A program made the position numbers and the translations under genes. This document shows, piece after piece, positions 36,732 to 49,588 of a stretch of 64,000 bases of DNA. How positions within the stretch are numbered: the stretch's first letter is position 1; every line of letters begins with the position of its first letter. The notes below the pieces were generated by a model that searched no databases, was not told the DNA's origin, and worked only from the letters and a program-made list of their open reading frames with translations. This DNA comes from Podarcis filfolensis (taxonomy: Eukaryota), in assembly GCA_964270895.1 (NCBI GenBank), contig OZ185441.1; one strand, 5' to 3'.

Positions 36732-39700
36732 GTAAGTCACAGGAGATGGCTTTCCTTCTTTAATTTTTCTATATTGTTTTACTAAGTCAGCATCTACATA
36801 CAAAACAAATATCCAGCTGGAGACTTACTGTAGAGAATGAGTTCACACATAATTAAAAGTATCAGTGTTTTTTCTTGTGTCCCAATCTCATCCAGGAGAG
36901 GTATTCCAGAAGGATAACATGGCCAGTTGTTAAAAAATTTCTGAAGCTTCAGGAGAATCATGAGTTGCACTTCTATTGTCCCTCTGCTGGTAAAGGTGGT
37001 CCGCCAGAATGACCAAGACAGTTTAATTGAAATTGCCTGCTTGCATCAAACCTTAGGTTCATATAGGTCAATATTATGTTTCTAGCAGCAGCTAAGCAAC
37101 TAAATCTTGCAAGCTTACAGGCAGGGCACAAAGGAGACGTACTGACCTATTATTTGTGCCTATCACAGAGATATACTGCTCTTTAACATGGAGTCTTCAT
37201 TTAGATATCAAGCTTAATAGTTTTGATAGATCTATCTCTTTTGAACTTGTCTAATCCTTTTTCTAAAAGCTACCTAAGTGAATGCTGTGTTTTGCCTTGT
37301 ACACATACACACACTTTGGTAGAAATATGGTGTGAATCTAATATTTTTTTCAGAATTTTAATATTTGCATTATTGCCTTTTTGGTGAAATAATAGTTACT
37401 CTGCATAAACAATTATTTGTGCTGCACAATCCATGATGAGATCTGAATTATATTTCTCAGACAAGAAGTGAATTGCCTGTGTGATTGTGAAATGCACCAT
37501 GAATTCATGTTGTTTTTCATTTACTTTGTGAGTGCTTGGTAGTTCGAGGGTTTAGGGAAGCCAGGATCCAACTGTTCTTGTGCAGTCTTTAGAGAGTTAA
37601 TGAGGAGGTCTGGACGGGTGCTACAATTGGACTGGCATTTTTGGTGGTGATGGTTAGCTGTTCTTGGTTCACCTGCCTTTAGGAAGGTAAGCTCATAGTT
37701 TGAGAATTACACACTTAAAAAAAAAAAGATATCAGAATAAAAGAGGGTGAATCTTTTAGCTCTGAGATGGCGATGGAAACTGGGTGCAGGGAAGGTTGTT
37801 GAATGAAATTCTGTGGAGTCTTGTCACTCTCTCAGTTTGTAAATATTGATATTCCACTTTCAGGAAAAGGGCATATCATAAGATTTCTGGTACAGGGAAA
37901 GCCCATAGCAGGAGATAAAAATAAATAACTGCAGCACAAGACAGCTGGAGATGTACCTTAGCAGAGAGCATTTTATCTGTGTGGTGCCTTTTCAACCATT
38001 GTTCCTTGATAATTGCGTTGTTGAAAGTCTGTTTATTTTAAATTAACACAAGTAGTTCACAAAATGGAAAAGTATTATGTCAACATTCTAATAATGATTA
38101 ATTAAATAGGCAATTAAAAATAATAAGTGTGTAATGTTCTGTGTGGTACAATTAAAGGTGGATGCTGGGTCTCAAATGGTTGATGATGATTGGTTTAAGC
38201 AAGTTGTCTGTAGCTGGTAAATGGTTCAATTCTGCATTATTATTGTCTGAAATTAAGAATCAAATTTTCTGCCAGGCCATGCTTGTCATGCCTCCAGTGC
38301 AACATAGATTTTCTCTCTCTGTCTGCCTCTCTCTTCATAAATATCATTGAAATAATCATGGCAGGTGTTCTCTTAAGTCAGCCATAAAGCATTATTTATT
38401 ACATCAAAGGAAAATGGATAAAAATCCTGCCATTAATAAAATATTGTTTATCAATATATCTGATAACAAAGCAGGCTTTTTTCCTAATTAAAAAAGCTTT
38501 CAGAGAAAACGAAAGCTATGGTCTAATGCTCCACACACATAATTCTGTTGGTGGAACAGGACCTACATTTCCTCTTCTCCCTCCTATGAACCCTTGAATT
38601 CTGGAGGGTCCTCCAACTCTCCAGAACTGATTTTGAGGGTGTGTGGTGGTGGGGCGCTGGAGGGGACAGGAGTGAAAGAGAAGCTCTGTTCACCCAGAAG
38701 TCTGTTCCACCCCTGCATTGAATACAATCATATGCAATTGGATTATATTACCAAACAATTTTATAGTGAGAGCTTGGATATTTCTAGATACGAAAAGGCT
38801 TTTGACTGATTTGGATGTGATATTTGAAAGATTGCATTGGAGAGCATCTGTAGCAATGAATATCTTTGTAAATATGAGTGGCGTTTTGGAGCTCTGTTGA
38901 TAGGGCAAGGGATACAGATTATTTTTTAAATACCACTACCTTCTCCATTCACCCGAATTTACACCCCCACTGTGTTTCCAAATGCAGCTACCAACTCTGA
39001 ATCTTTGCATTTCAAAATTTTTTTTTAAGTGCACCAGAAATATATTCTCCACCTTAAGTGCAATTTGAAACATATACTCTAATAATTCGATCCCATGGCT
39101 AACTTTAAGATGTACCAGTGATCGGGAAGAGCTCTATACAAAAATTAAATAGGAAAGATGAAAGAAAACAATCTTGTCTTACTCCTCGTTCAGGAAATAC
39201 AGTTTTCATTGCTGTCTGTCAGCAATTATTTTTTCACTGCATAGTGAATCAACTCAATTGATGTTCACATAGTGAGGCAAAAGCCTAATGCTTTTATTAC
39301 TTTGTAGATTACAACATTTTCCACACTGTCAAATGCCATTTCAACACTGAAAAAAATCAATAAAACATAGATGTTTTGGATATTTGTGATAAATGAATTA
39401 TATTACCCATAGCTGGGCTATAGACGGCAGTTTCAGGACAGCCAAGAACTAGGACCAAGGAGCACTCAGGATCTGTGGGTAATCAGGAGGCAGGGTCAGA
39501 AAACAAACCAAGAGCCAAGACTAATTCAGGATTGGAAGCCAAGACTGAAGAACAAATTGGAAGGCATGATCATACAGCAATCAGAATCAGAAGGCAAACC
39601 AGGCTGAAGAACAAGCCAAGAGTCAGGACCAAAGAGGAAGACAAGAAACGCAAGGTGTCCTAGACATATTTTGGAAAGTGATTTGTCTGTTTGTCCATTT

Positions 39701-42324
39701 GTTCTCAAAGAGCTGGATGCCTCTCAAGATATCATTGTCAAACTTGGCATGAGGGCTCCCAAGGTGGGACAGTGGACTTCATTGATGTTTGAACACCGTG
39801 CACCACTTTGAATCAAGATGGCTGACCAAAATGTCACTTTGGTGCAACTTCACACGTTTTTTGGCATGGGTTCAACTGTCTTTTGAGTTGTCACTAAACT
39901 TGAGGGTTCCCAAGGTGGAGGCAGTAGTCTCGGACTATGTTTGGATGTTGGGCAGCATTTTGAATCAAGATTGTGGACCAAATTAACCCTATTTAAACAC
40001 TAGCTTCCTCCCCAAAAAATATTTATTTGGGGCCAGGGAGTTGTTGCCCAGATCAGGTCAGAATCTTGTGTGCACACACACACATTCCCCAAACTCACAA
40101 AGTACACTATCTATTTAAAAAATCACTTTTCTTTAAATACCCAGTCAGCACCGGGCACTCCACAGTCGTATCCTATAGTTCAAGCAGACCTTGTTGCAGA
40201 AGAAAGACTCAGCTGCAAGAGGGAGTCCTTTATACTTCTCCTTGCCTAGGAGGAACCATTGGCCAGCCAGGTCAGATGACTGCAGTTATCTTGGTCACCA
40301 CATGGCACTGTGGAATCCAGTCTTTCACCAACATGAATTCCCATTATAAAGTTTACAGCCTGTTTTCCTGAAATGCTTTTTTGATGTGTAAAGATCCAGC
40401 CCTAAGCAGTTTCAGCTCATCATTGTCTGGAGGAAATGAGCCTCCAGGCTTTTCAGTTCAGTACTATCAACAGTTTGTTCTCTACAGTGCTCTCAATCCT
40501 GGCTTGCTTCTTCTGATTTCATCTCTTTCTTCTGACTTTAATGCCAACTGTATTCCTATTTGCCAGCTTTACTTACATGGATGATGTCACCTCACCCTGG
40601 CTACCATCTTGGACAGTGCGGTAGAGTTTTGTTTCTGTTGCCCAATAATATTTAGGCTTCTTTTTTCTTCCTGAAGTTTGTATATTTCTTTCCCATTTTA
40701 AGTTTGTTTCCTGGGCTGAGTTTTTTACCATCCCACAAGAATAACCTCTAAACTGAGAGCAATAATTTTACATCCAACAATGAAACACAAAATGGCTAAA
40801 TAGTTTCAATCCTTCACAACATCCATGATCTCAAACAGTCTAAAGTCTATTGAAAAACTGTTCCAGGTCTATTAATACTTTCCCAAAATTTGAATTTCAG
40901 TAAAATACTTCTCTTTCAGCAATAAAGAACATGGAAAGAGGGTCAGAAAAGCACACACACCACTATTTGTACATAAAAGCAAAAAATAGCCACCACTCCT
41001 TCCAAACTTGAGAATAAGGAAGGGAAAAAGAGGATGAGGCAATTCTGAAGGAAAGGCTGTGTGTTCCTTCCTTATTTATTTTACTTTATTTCATAACATT
41101 TATATACTGCTTAATTCTTAGGAAAACCCCAAAGCAGTTTACAAAATAACACACAATAAAACTGTGAGTAGAAAACCATAAAACAACTCTTTGAATCATT
41201 CAAGACATAAGATGAACAACAAACTAAAAACCGATTAAAGCATATATTCACATTCTACACATCCAGATAGGCTTGTCTAAACAAAATGTATCCCCCCCCC
41301 CCCCCGCAGAAGAAGTAGATACAAAAATATTAACTTGCGAGACCCAGCATCAGAGGTTGGCGTAGGTTTAAAAAATTATTATTAAAGCTATGCACTGGAT
41401 TTTTAACATTATATAAACTTATCCAGTAGAAAATAAAATGGAGGAGGCAATAGCAAACAGACATTGCTGGCACAGTTGGGCATCTGCCAAGGCCATAGAC
41501 TGGCAAGCACTGTGGAAGCTGTTGTCTGGTGATGGGTTTTCTACCTGCCTCAGAAGAAGCATCCCCAAAAGTGCTGCTTCTCTCTCAGGCATCTAACTTC
41601 CATTGTAACCATGATATTGCTCCAGAGGAACACAGGGAGGAAGCCCAATTCAAGATGACCTGTCTTGGTCAGGCCAAAGGAACACAACAAAGCCACAGTG
41701 CTCCCTCTACTGCTGTCATTTGCTTCTCCTGACAGGAGGGGTGATCAGTTACCATATCCACCTGAGATACTGTTTAAGAACAGTAGCTTTGAAAATGAGG
41801 GCGTGGAATGTAGTTCCGCTGGTCTGTGGCCTTGGAGGTTGACCCAGCAAGTCTCTTGCCCCCCCCCCAAACTTGGACCACCTCTACAAATAACAGGATT
41901 CTAAGGCATGAAGAGTGGTCTAAAAGTGCAAAAAATAATAGTAAGTTTTTACAATTATGTATGGCAATCTAGAACTTTCAGGATTGCATTCTGTCAGTGC
42001 AAGGATTTCGCTTTGCACAGCAAAGCATTCTCTCCCCTCTCCTCTCTTGTGCAGCCCATAAATCTGTTCTGGGTTGCCCCCCCACCACCATCTGGACCCG
42101 ATTTGGGGAGGGTATTGAGGCACATGGTGGAGAAGGAGAGGTAGGGAGACTCCTACTGCATGAACGGAAGACATTCTGCTCACACAATTATTCAGTTGAA
42201 TGCCACCCTTATTTTCATAATATGAGCATTGACAGCATGTGACATGAGCAGATTAAAGGAAACATATCAGTTAATGGCTCTTACATATTACATGGCAACA
42301 AATCCAGATTTGCCTCCTAAAATA

Positions 42325-42541
42325 CAGTGGTACTCGGGTTAATAACTTAATTCGTTCTGGAGGTCTGTTCTTAAACTGAAACTGTTCTTAACCTGAGGTA
42401 CCACTTTAGCTAATGGGGCCTCCTGCTGCCATCGCCGCACGATTTCTGTTCTCATCCTGAAGCAAAGTTCTTAACCCGAGGTACTATTTCTGGGTTAGTG
42501 GAGTCTGTAACCTAAAGCGTCTGTAACCCAAGGTACCACTG
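42325..42541 (-). mobile_element. Tc1/mariner-pogo MITE, copy C
   Basis: TA-CAGTGGTACTCGGGTTAA...TAACCCAAGGTACCACTG-TA. Same orientation as copy B. Confidence 0.9.
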
Positions 42542-42984
42542 TACAATCAACAGGAGCCCACAGCTAATCCTGCCTCCATTGGTGGTGTGGACGCAGGAAA
42601 GTGACTGCTTTCAGACTTTGGAACTCCCTAGAGAAGCTAGATTGGCTCCGTCCCTCCTTGTCTTTCTGCTGGCAGGTGAAGACTTTCTTGTTCCAACCAG
42701 CTATGGAAACTGACTTCTTATAATAAAACGGCTGGTGTAATGTGCTCTCTCTCTCTCTCTGTATGTATAGAGGTTTAATTCTATTAATGTTTACTTGTTT
42801 TTTAATTATTGTTTTTCCTGTGTTTTAGCAATTCTTGTTTTTACCTGTAAGCTGCTTTTGTAAGCTGCTTTGAGTTCCTGTCAGAGAAAAAGGTGGAATG
42901 ATGATGATGTGTCTGATGGGTGTTGACAAACACATGCAGATCAAATTGACATGTGGACTTAACCCTTGCACTGCATGCATTATA

Positions 42985-43226
42985 CAGTGGTACCTCGGGT
43001 TACAGACACTTCAGGTTACAGACACTTCAGGTTACAGACTCCGCTAACCCAGAAATAGTACCTCGGGTTAAGAACTTTGCTTCAGGATGAGAACAGAAAT
43101 TGTGCGGCGGCAGCACAGCAGCAGCAGGAGGCCCCATTAGCTAAAGTGGTACCTCAGGTTAAGAACAGTTTCAGGTTAAGAACGGACTTCCAGAACGAAA
43201 TCAGTTCTTAACCTGAGGTACCACTG
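42985..43226 (+). mobile_element. Tc1/mariner-pogo MITE, copy D
   Basis: TA-CAGTGGTACCTCGGGTTAC...TAACCTGAGGTACCACTG-TA. Same orientation as copy A; ends 194 bp before the V6 CSE. Confidence 0.9.
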
Positions 43227-43420
43227 TATTTTAAAATGATTAATTTTAGAAGAAGCTAAGATGATTTATGCAGGGTATTCAGAGAAGCAAAGGAAAATAA
43301 ATGCAATTGTAAGAGAAAGTTAAGCACTTCATGCAAAAGTAAAAGGTTTATTAATCAAATGGGGGCAACATCTGATTAAAATACAGAATGTAATAATTTG
43401 CTTCTCCATTTCAAAATTCA

Positions 43421-43444
43421 GTCACAAGGGGTCACTGTTGCCTA
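43421..43444 (+). promoter_or_regulatory. CSE/CTCF-type promoter element of V6
   Basis: GTCACAAGGGGTCACTGTTGCCTA, 223 bp upstream of the first ATG. CACT instead of CGCT. Confidence 0.75.
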
Positions 43445-43643
43445 AGGAAATGTTTTAAGAACAGAGAGAATTCATAGCTCCTCCCTTAGAGAGCCTGAAA
43501 ATCCTGCCTGTGAGATTCACAATAGGGATATCACACACCAGATGCAAGATTACTGGAATCTATTCAAATGATTACACCAACCCTGATGAGCTCTTTGGAC
43601 CCTGCTCTTCACTTCTTCAAGAAAGGTGATTTTTAAAGGAGAA

Positions 43644-46046
43644 ATGCCACTGGTGGGATTTGTGTCTGTATTTGCAATGGTTCCTTGGCAGAATCCTTCC
43701 GTGGTAAAGCAGCTGCTGCAGCTGGTTCTTCTCCACACAGCCTGGGAGATGGGGAGCGGCCAGCTCCATTATTCTGTGCCGGAGGAATCCCAGCATGGCA
43801 CCTTTGTGGGTCGCATCACTCAGGATCTTGGGCTGGATGTAAGTGAGCTGGTGCCTCGGATGTTCCAGATGGTGTCTAGAGGACATGAAGACTATTTTGA
43901 GGTAAATGTGCAAAATGGAATTTTGTTTGTGAATTCCCGGATAGACAGGGAGGAGCTTTGCAACAAGAACCCTCTGTGCTCCATTCACCTGGAGATGATT
44001 GTGGATAAACCTCTGAGGGTCTTCCATGTGGAAGTGGAGATCAAGGACATAAATGACAATGCTCCTCTTTTTTCAGTAAATGAACAGAATTTGACTATTG
44101 CAGAATCAGGTTTACCAGGTTTCCGTTTCCTGTTAGCTGGTGCCTCTGATGCAGATACAGATGCCAATGCTTTGCTGACCTACAAGCTCAGCCCTAATGA
44201 CTATTTCATGCTTGAATCGGGAGGTGATGAGGACCAGAGTAAATCTCCAGTACTTATACTAAAAACCCCACTTGACAGAGAGAAGACTCCTGTGCATCAC
44301 TTGGTACTCACAGCCACTGATGGGGGCAAACCAAAGCTCACAGGCACAGTCCAGCTGGTGATCAATGTCCTGGATGCAAATGACAACCCTCCTGTATTTA
44401 ACCAATCAGTTTACAAGGTAAAACTATTGGAGAATGCAGCTAATGGAACAACAGTTATTAAACTGAATGCTACAGACTTAGATGAAGGGAATAATGGGGA
44501 AATCACTTATTTTTTTAGTAATAATGTACCACCCCGTTTCACAAAGATATTTAGCATAAGTGCCAACACAGGTGAGGTCAGAGTGATTGGGAAAGTAGAT
44601 TTTGAAGACATTAATCTATATGACCTTCAAATTGTTGCAGAAGATAAAGGCAGTTTGCCCTTGTCTGGACACTGTAAGGTTCTCATTGAGGTGTTAGACA
44701 TGAACGACAACGTTCCAGAAGTTTCTGTGACTTCTCTTGCTGTGCCAGTGCCAGAGGACTCTCCTCCAGGGACAGTGGTGGCCCTCGTCAGCGTCTCGGA
44801 CAGGGACTCTGAAGCCAATGGGCAAGTGAGTTGCTCCCTGTGGCCCCCTGGGCTGCCTTTCAAATTAGCATCGACATTCAAGAACTACTACTCCTTAACT
44901 CTAGCAGAGCCTTTGGATCGGGAGCGGGTGGCTGAGTACAGCTTGGTAGTGACAGCTCAAGATCAAGGCGTCCCACCATTGTCTGCTAGCAGCAGCCTCT
45001 TAGTTCCTATCCGTGATGTAAATGACAATGCTCCAGCTTTCACGCAGCCCTCCTACACGGTCTTTGTGAAGGAGAATAATCCACCGGGAGCCCACATCTT
45101 CACTGTGTCTGCCTCAGACCCGGATGTGGCTGAGAATGCTCTAGTCAGCTACTGGATCGATGAGACACTCTGGCCCCTGACAAGCTACATCTCAGTGCAC
45201 TCAGAGAGTGGGAAGGTCTATGCCTTGCAACCCTTGGACTATGAGGACATAAAGCTTCTGGAGTTCCAAGTGAGGGCCAAGGATGCCGGGCTGCCCTCCT
45301 TGTGTGGCAACACTACAGTTCAGGTGTTTGTGGTGGATGAGAATGACAATGCGCCTACAGTGGCTGGGTCATCAGAAGAGACTCCAATTGTTCTAGTGGC
45401 TCCTGTGTTGTCTGGACACATGGTGGGCAAGATCCGTGCCCTGGATGCTGACTCAGGGTACAATGCATGGTTGCGATATGAGATGCATGAGTTGACCGCT
45501 GGCCCTTGGCGTGTGGGGCTGTACAGTGGGGAGATCAGTACCACACGTGCCCTGGATGAGGTGGAGAGCAGAAGCAGCCAGACTCTCCTTGTGTTGGTGA
45601 AAGATCATGGCACACCTTCACTCACGGCCACAGCCACCCTGAGTGTGTCACTGGTGGCAAGTGCCCAGGCTGTTAAGACTGACACCCTTTCCAGGACAGG
45701 TGAAAGCTCAAAGCCTTTGGTGGACAATGTCAATGTCTACTTGATCATTGCCATCTGCTCCGTGTCCAGCTTGTTCCTCCTAGCAGTAATCTTTTACGTG
45801 GCCTTGCGATGCCGTTGCCAGGCGAAGGAGGCCATGGTGTATGGTCCTGGCACAGCCACACTGGTATGTGCCAGTGAAGTGGGCAGCTGGTCATATTCAA
45901 ATCGCCACAGCCACATCCTGGCAGGTGTGAGCGGGGAGGCTGGAGCCAAGAGCGACCTCATGGTCTTCAGCCCCAACATTCCTGTTTTTGCAGATAATGG
46001 GGAGGTTAGGAATGGGAAGGAACTGCTCCCAAATGCATCTGGAGAG
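43644..46046 (+). CDS. PCDHA: Protocadherin-alpha variable exon V6
   Basis: 801 codons from the first ATG (43644; ATG 43677 is an alternative start; the track start 43626 is GTG). Phase-0 donor GAG|GTGAGT at 46046/46047. Confidence 0.93.
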
Positions 46047-47020
46047 GTGAGTCATGTGCAACTATTAGAATCCTTGAAAAAACACAATATATTTTTATTC
46101 TAATACCATGTTTTTTGCCAACTGAATGACAATTTCTGTATGCCAGTTTAGGATCAGTCTTGATGCAATAAGCATGTTCAATATAGATTTAAAATGGCAT
46201 TCTATACATGCAGAGATTGCTTCTACATAAACTAGAATAATTCCATGTTGTTGTTGTTGTTTTTTGGGGGTGGTGGTGGACAAATCAGGGCTCTTTTCTT
46301 TACCCTGATGCAATAAATTCTCCACAATAAGGAGTGCCCATATTCTGTGTAACCGTAGGTTCATCAAAAGAATGCTATTGGACTCCTTCAGGGTGTGGGT
46401 TTGTCCAGTTTGCTGCCATGGGAAGAAATGGAAATAAATCCTTTTATCTTGTGAAAATATTATGGCCATGTGCTATATTTAGCAGCAAAAATATTTGATG
46501 ACTACTTTCTCTTCTTTTTAAAAAATATGCTACATATGTGCTGCCAGAAGGTTTGAATCCTTGGGTAGGTCCACCAGACATGTCAAGAATGTAGTCTTCC
46601 CAAGCTTTAATGTATTCTGTGGGAGAACCACCTGATGTAATTTTGCTAGGAATGTTCTCTGGAGCCAGAACAGATTTTGGCATGCTGTGATCTCACCTAG
46701 TCTCATGTGACATGAATATGTTTAAAACTGATTTTTCAGTTAATATTGGGGCAGTGCTTTTATCTGTCTCATAGCCAGACATGTTAACATGGTGTGTGTG
46801 TTTGTGTGTAGAAATAAGGATACATTTGGTGGTAGAGGAGGAAATAGTCCAATGTGCTTAAACTTATTTAATATTAAACAAATTAAAATCAATTAAGAAG
46901 TGTACTAAGTGACCAAATACCTTGCCAATCAACCCAGAGACTCTATGGGTGAGAATAACAGAAGGCAGAAGAAGCAAGATTTCCTCATAATGAGCAGCCA
47001 GCTAGATTTACCCACGTGCT

Positions 47021-47022
47021 TT

Positions 47023-47082
<60 letters not shown>

Positions 47083-47091
47083 TTTTCTTTC
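47021..47091. repeat. (TTTC)15 microsatellite plus pyrimidine extension
   Basis: Pure TTTC at 47021-47080, then TTTTTTCTTTC, then TATTTACAG. Confidence 0.95.
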
Positions 47092-49189
47092 TATTTACAG
47101 TAAAAGTCTTTCCAGGTCTTCTCAGATTCCACTGTTTTCAGTGGCATCTACCTTCTAGAAGGAGCACACAGAATTAGAGTCACTCTTTTTTAATATGCAT
47201 AGAAAGAGAGGTGGAAATCCATGCCTTGATTTAGCAAGGGGCTTTCCAGCAAGGCATGGAAGCCCTGGGGTGTTTATTCCAGCCTTTGTAAATGATGGGT
47301 GGAGTGACAGTGGCTCTTCCCAGAGGCCCTGGGATGGAGTAGGACAACAATGAGGTCAGGGAACCTCCAAGCTCACTGCCAACTCACCCCCTGCACAAGG
47401 CACTTCTGCCGTATTCCTAACTTTACAAGGCATCCACAGAGAACTGGTTGCTCTATGCATAATCTCCCAACTCTTAAAAGCTTTAATTGTCCTGGCTTAC
47501 AGTTCACACCCACCCACCCTTTTCCTTCAGTGCAGTCTACCATTCTCCCAAAGCCCAGTCATGGAGTAGCTTGCTTTTGTGGAATTCATTCATGGATAAT
47601 CTACTTATCGAAACAAGTATGTGTACATTTAAAAACAACAACAACCAAGCACCCACAGATAGATGTCATTCTCTAGATAGCCCACAAAGAGAAATCAAGT
47701 AAATGAAACTTTCAATACATAGAAGACAAAATAAAACAGATACATTTAACTGTATAAAAAAACCTATATTGTCCTTCTACCGCCCATGCACCCATCAGAG
47801 TAGCTTACAGCAATTTAAAATCACAATACAACAAAAATATATTACAATACATCAACAAAAAGCAACACATTGAAATAAGCATTAAAACCATTTACATTGC
47901 ATATTGCGTGCAACCCAAAAGGCCCACTTGGCTTGTTCAGAGTGCCGTGTTCTGGGCTAGGTGGCAGTGGGTTTTCCAAGATCATCTGGTCAACACATGG
48001 CTGACATGAGAGGAATGTATTTCTGTTGAACCTTATGCAAGGAAAACTTCATATTGGAAGCTTAAATACGACTAAAGGTATAGAATTAATTGGGGAATTG
48101 GGATATCTATGGATGAAGATGGTCCATGGAAAATTTAGGGGCTGAAACAAGAAATGACATTTTCAAGAAGGGTCTATGTCAATAAAAGGGAATAAAAAGA
48201 AAAGAATGGATAAGCTGTAATTGATCAGAATTTGTTCTGTGATTTCTAAAGAGGAAGATAAAAGTTAAAGGTACAGCCACCGAGTTAATATGCTAGCAGA
48301 CACATGAACAAAGCACCTTAGTGTTCTTTAAAAAGTAAATCATATATGAGACAGTGCCCACAATGACTCTCATGTCAGTCTTGAACCCAGTTGGAGGCCT
48401 TGAGATGAAGTCCTACATCCATCAATTGTAACATGATTATATTCATGAAACAGTTTTAGTTTGAAATGCTATGTAAATGCTAAGTGTTATTATAACTGAA
48501 CTGGGAATGGCCACTTCACACTTCCCTTTCAGAAGCAGTTTCATGTAATGTGGCCCCTATTGAAGTGATCACCAGCCTCTCTTTTTGTATTCTTTAGGCT
48601 TAGCTCTATAAAGTACAGCATTTTTTTCTAGTTTAATCCAGAACAAGTGGTTTTAACTAGGGGAAAATGTATGAAATGGAACCCTAAATTTGAGCACCAT
48701 TTGGCACGGAAATTAATTTATGAGGAATTTATGACATAGACTACTTTTTATTTATTTAAATGAAGATTTTTTTGGGTGTGTGTGCATGCTTTTTCATCTC
48801 CTGTGTATTGCAAATTAGGCTGGATTTTTAAAAATCACCTGTAAAGACAACCCAGGCCCTAGCACAGGGAAAGCAAATTTCTTCTTAAACACCTTGAACT
48901 TACTTTATGAATGCAGGGAAAGGTCTGGGAGGTGAGACTAAAGGTGAGTTTATTTTCTTGCCATAGGCAGAATTAGAGTTTAATGAGTAATAAGAGACAG
49001 GCTATGATGAGACACGACCTGCAAATCCATCTCTTTCACATCCTGCATTTGGTGTCATCTTAAAATATGCATGCCAGACCATGGTCACAATTCTTTGAAG
49101 TGTTGTGTAGGGTATTTGCAGTATTTTAAAACATGCAAAGTATGTGGAGGAGAAATCCCCCCAAACCTCATGAATTCCTCTGTCTGAAG

Positions 49190-49588
49190 AGGCATGACTG
49201 AAGTGTACAAAATCATGCCTGGTGTGAAGAAGGAGACCCTTTTCTCCCTTTCTCATAATACTAGAGGCCTGGAGTCATCTAATGAAGCTGATTAATTGGA
49301 AATTCAGGATTCGCCACCACACAATGTGCTGATGGGCATCAACTTGGACAGCTTGAAGAGCCGATTCAGCAAATTCATGGAGGATGGGGCTATCAGGGGC
49401 TAATACTCAGGAGGACTACGTGCTGCCTCTGGTATCAAAGGCCATTTGAATGCCATTTGCTGGGAAACACAAGTAGAAGCCCACTGTTGCGTTCACATCC
49501 TGATTATATGTTTCCCTTAGGTATCTGGTTGATCACCATGAGAACTGGATGCTGAACTAGGTGGGCCTTTGGTCTGATCTGTTCTTAT
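49190..49588 (+). mobile_element. CR1 LINE 3' fragment, degraded
   Basis: CR1-like TTTTCTCCCTTTCTCATAATACTAGAG...AATGAAGCTG and 3' end GATGCTGAACTAGGTGGGCCTTTGGTCTGATC. Confidence 0.6.

Noticed and set aside
43121-43134. CTCF-like GCAGCAGGAGGCCC inside MITE copy D near the V6 promoter, as a replacement for the lost exonic site
   Set aside because: Mismatches at several core positions (1, 9, 13) and present in all MITE copies; too weak without binding data.
46444-46683. 79-aa minus-strand ORF (…EYIKAWEDYILDM…)
   Set aside because: No motif I can recognise; starts at a short, low-information frame. Would need a BLAST/HMM search.
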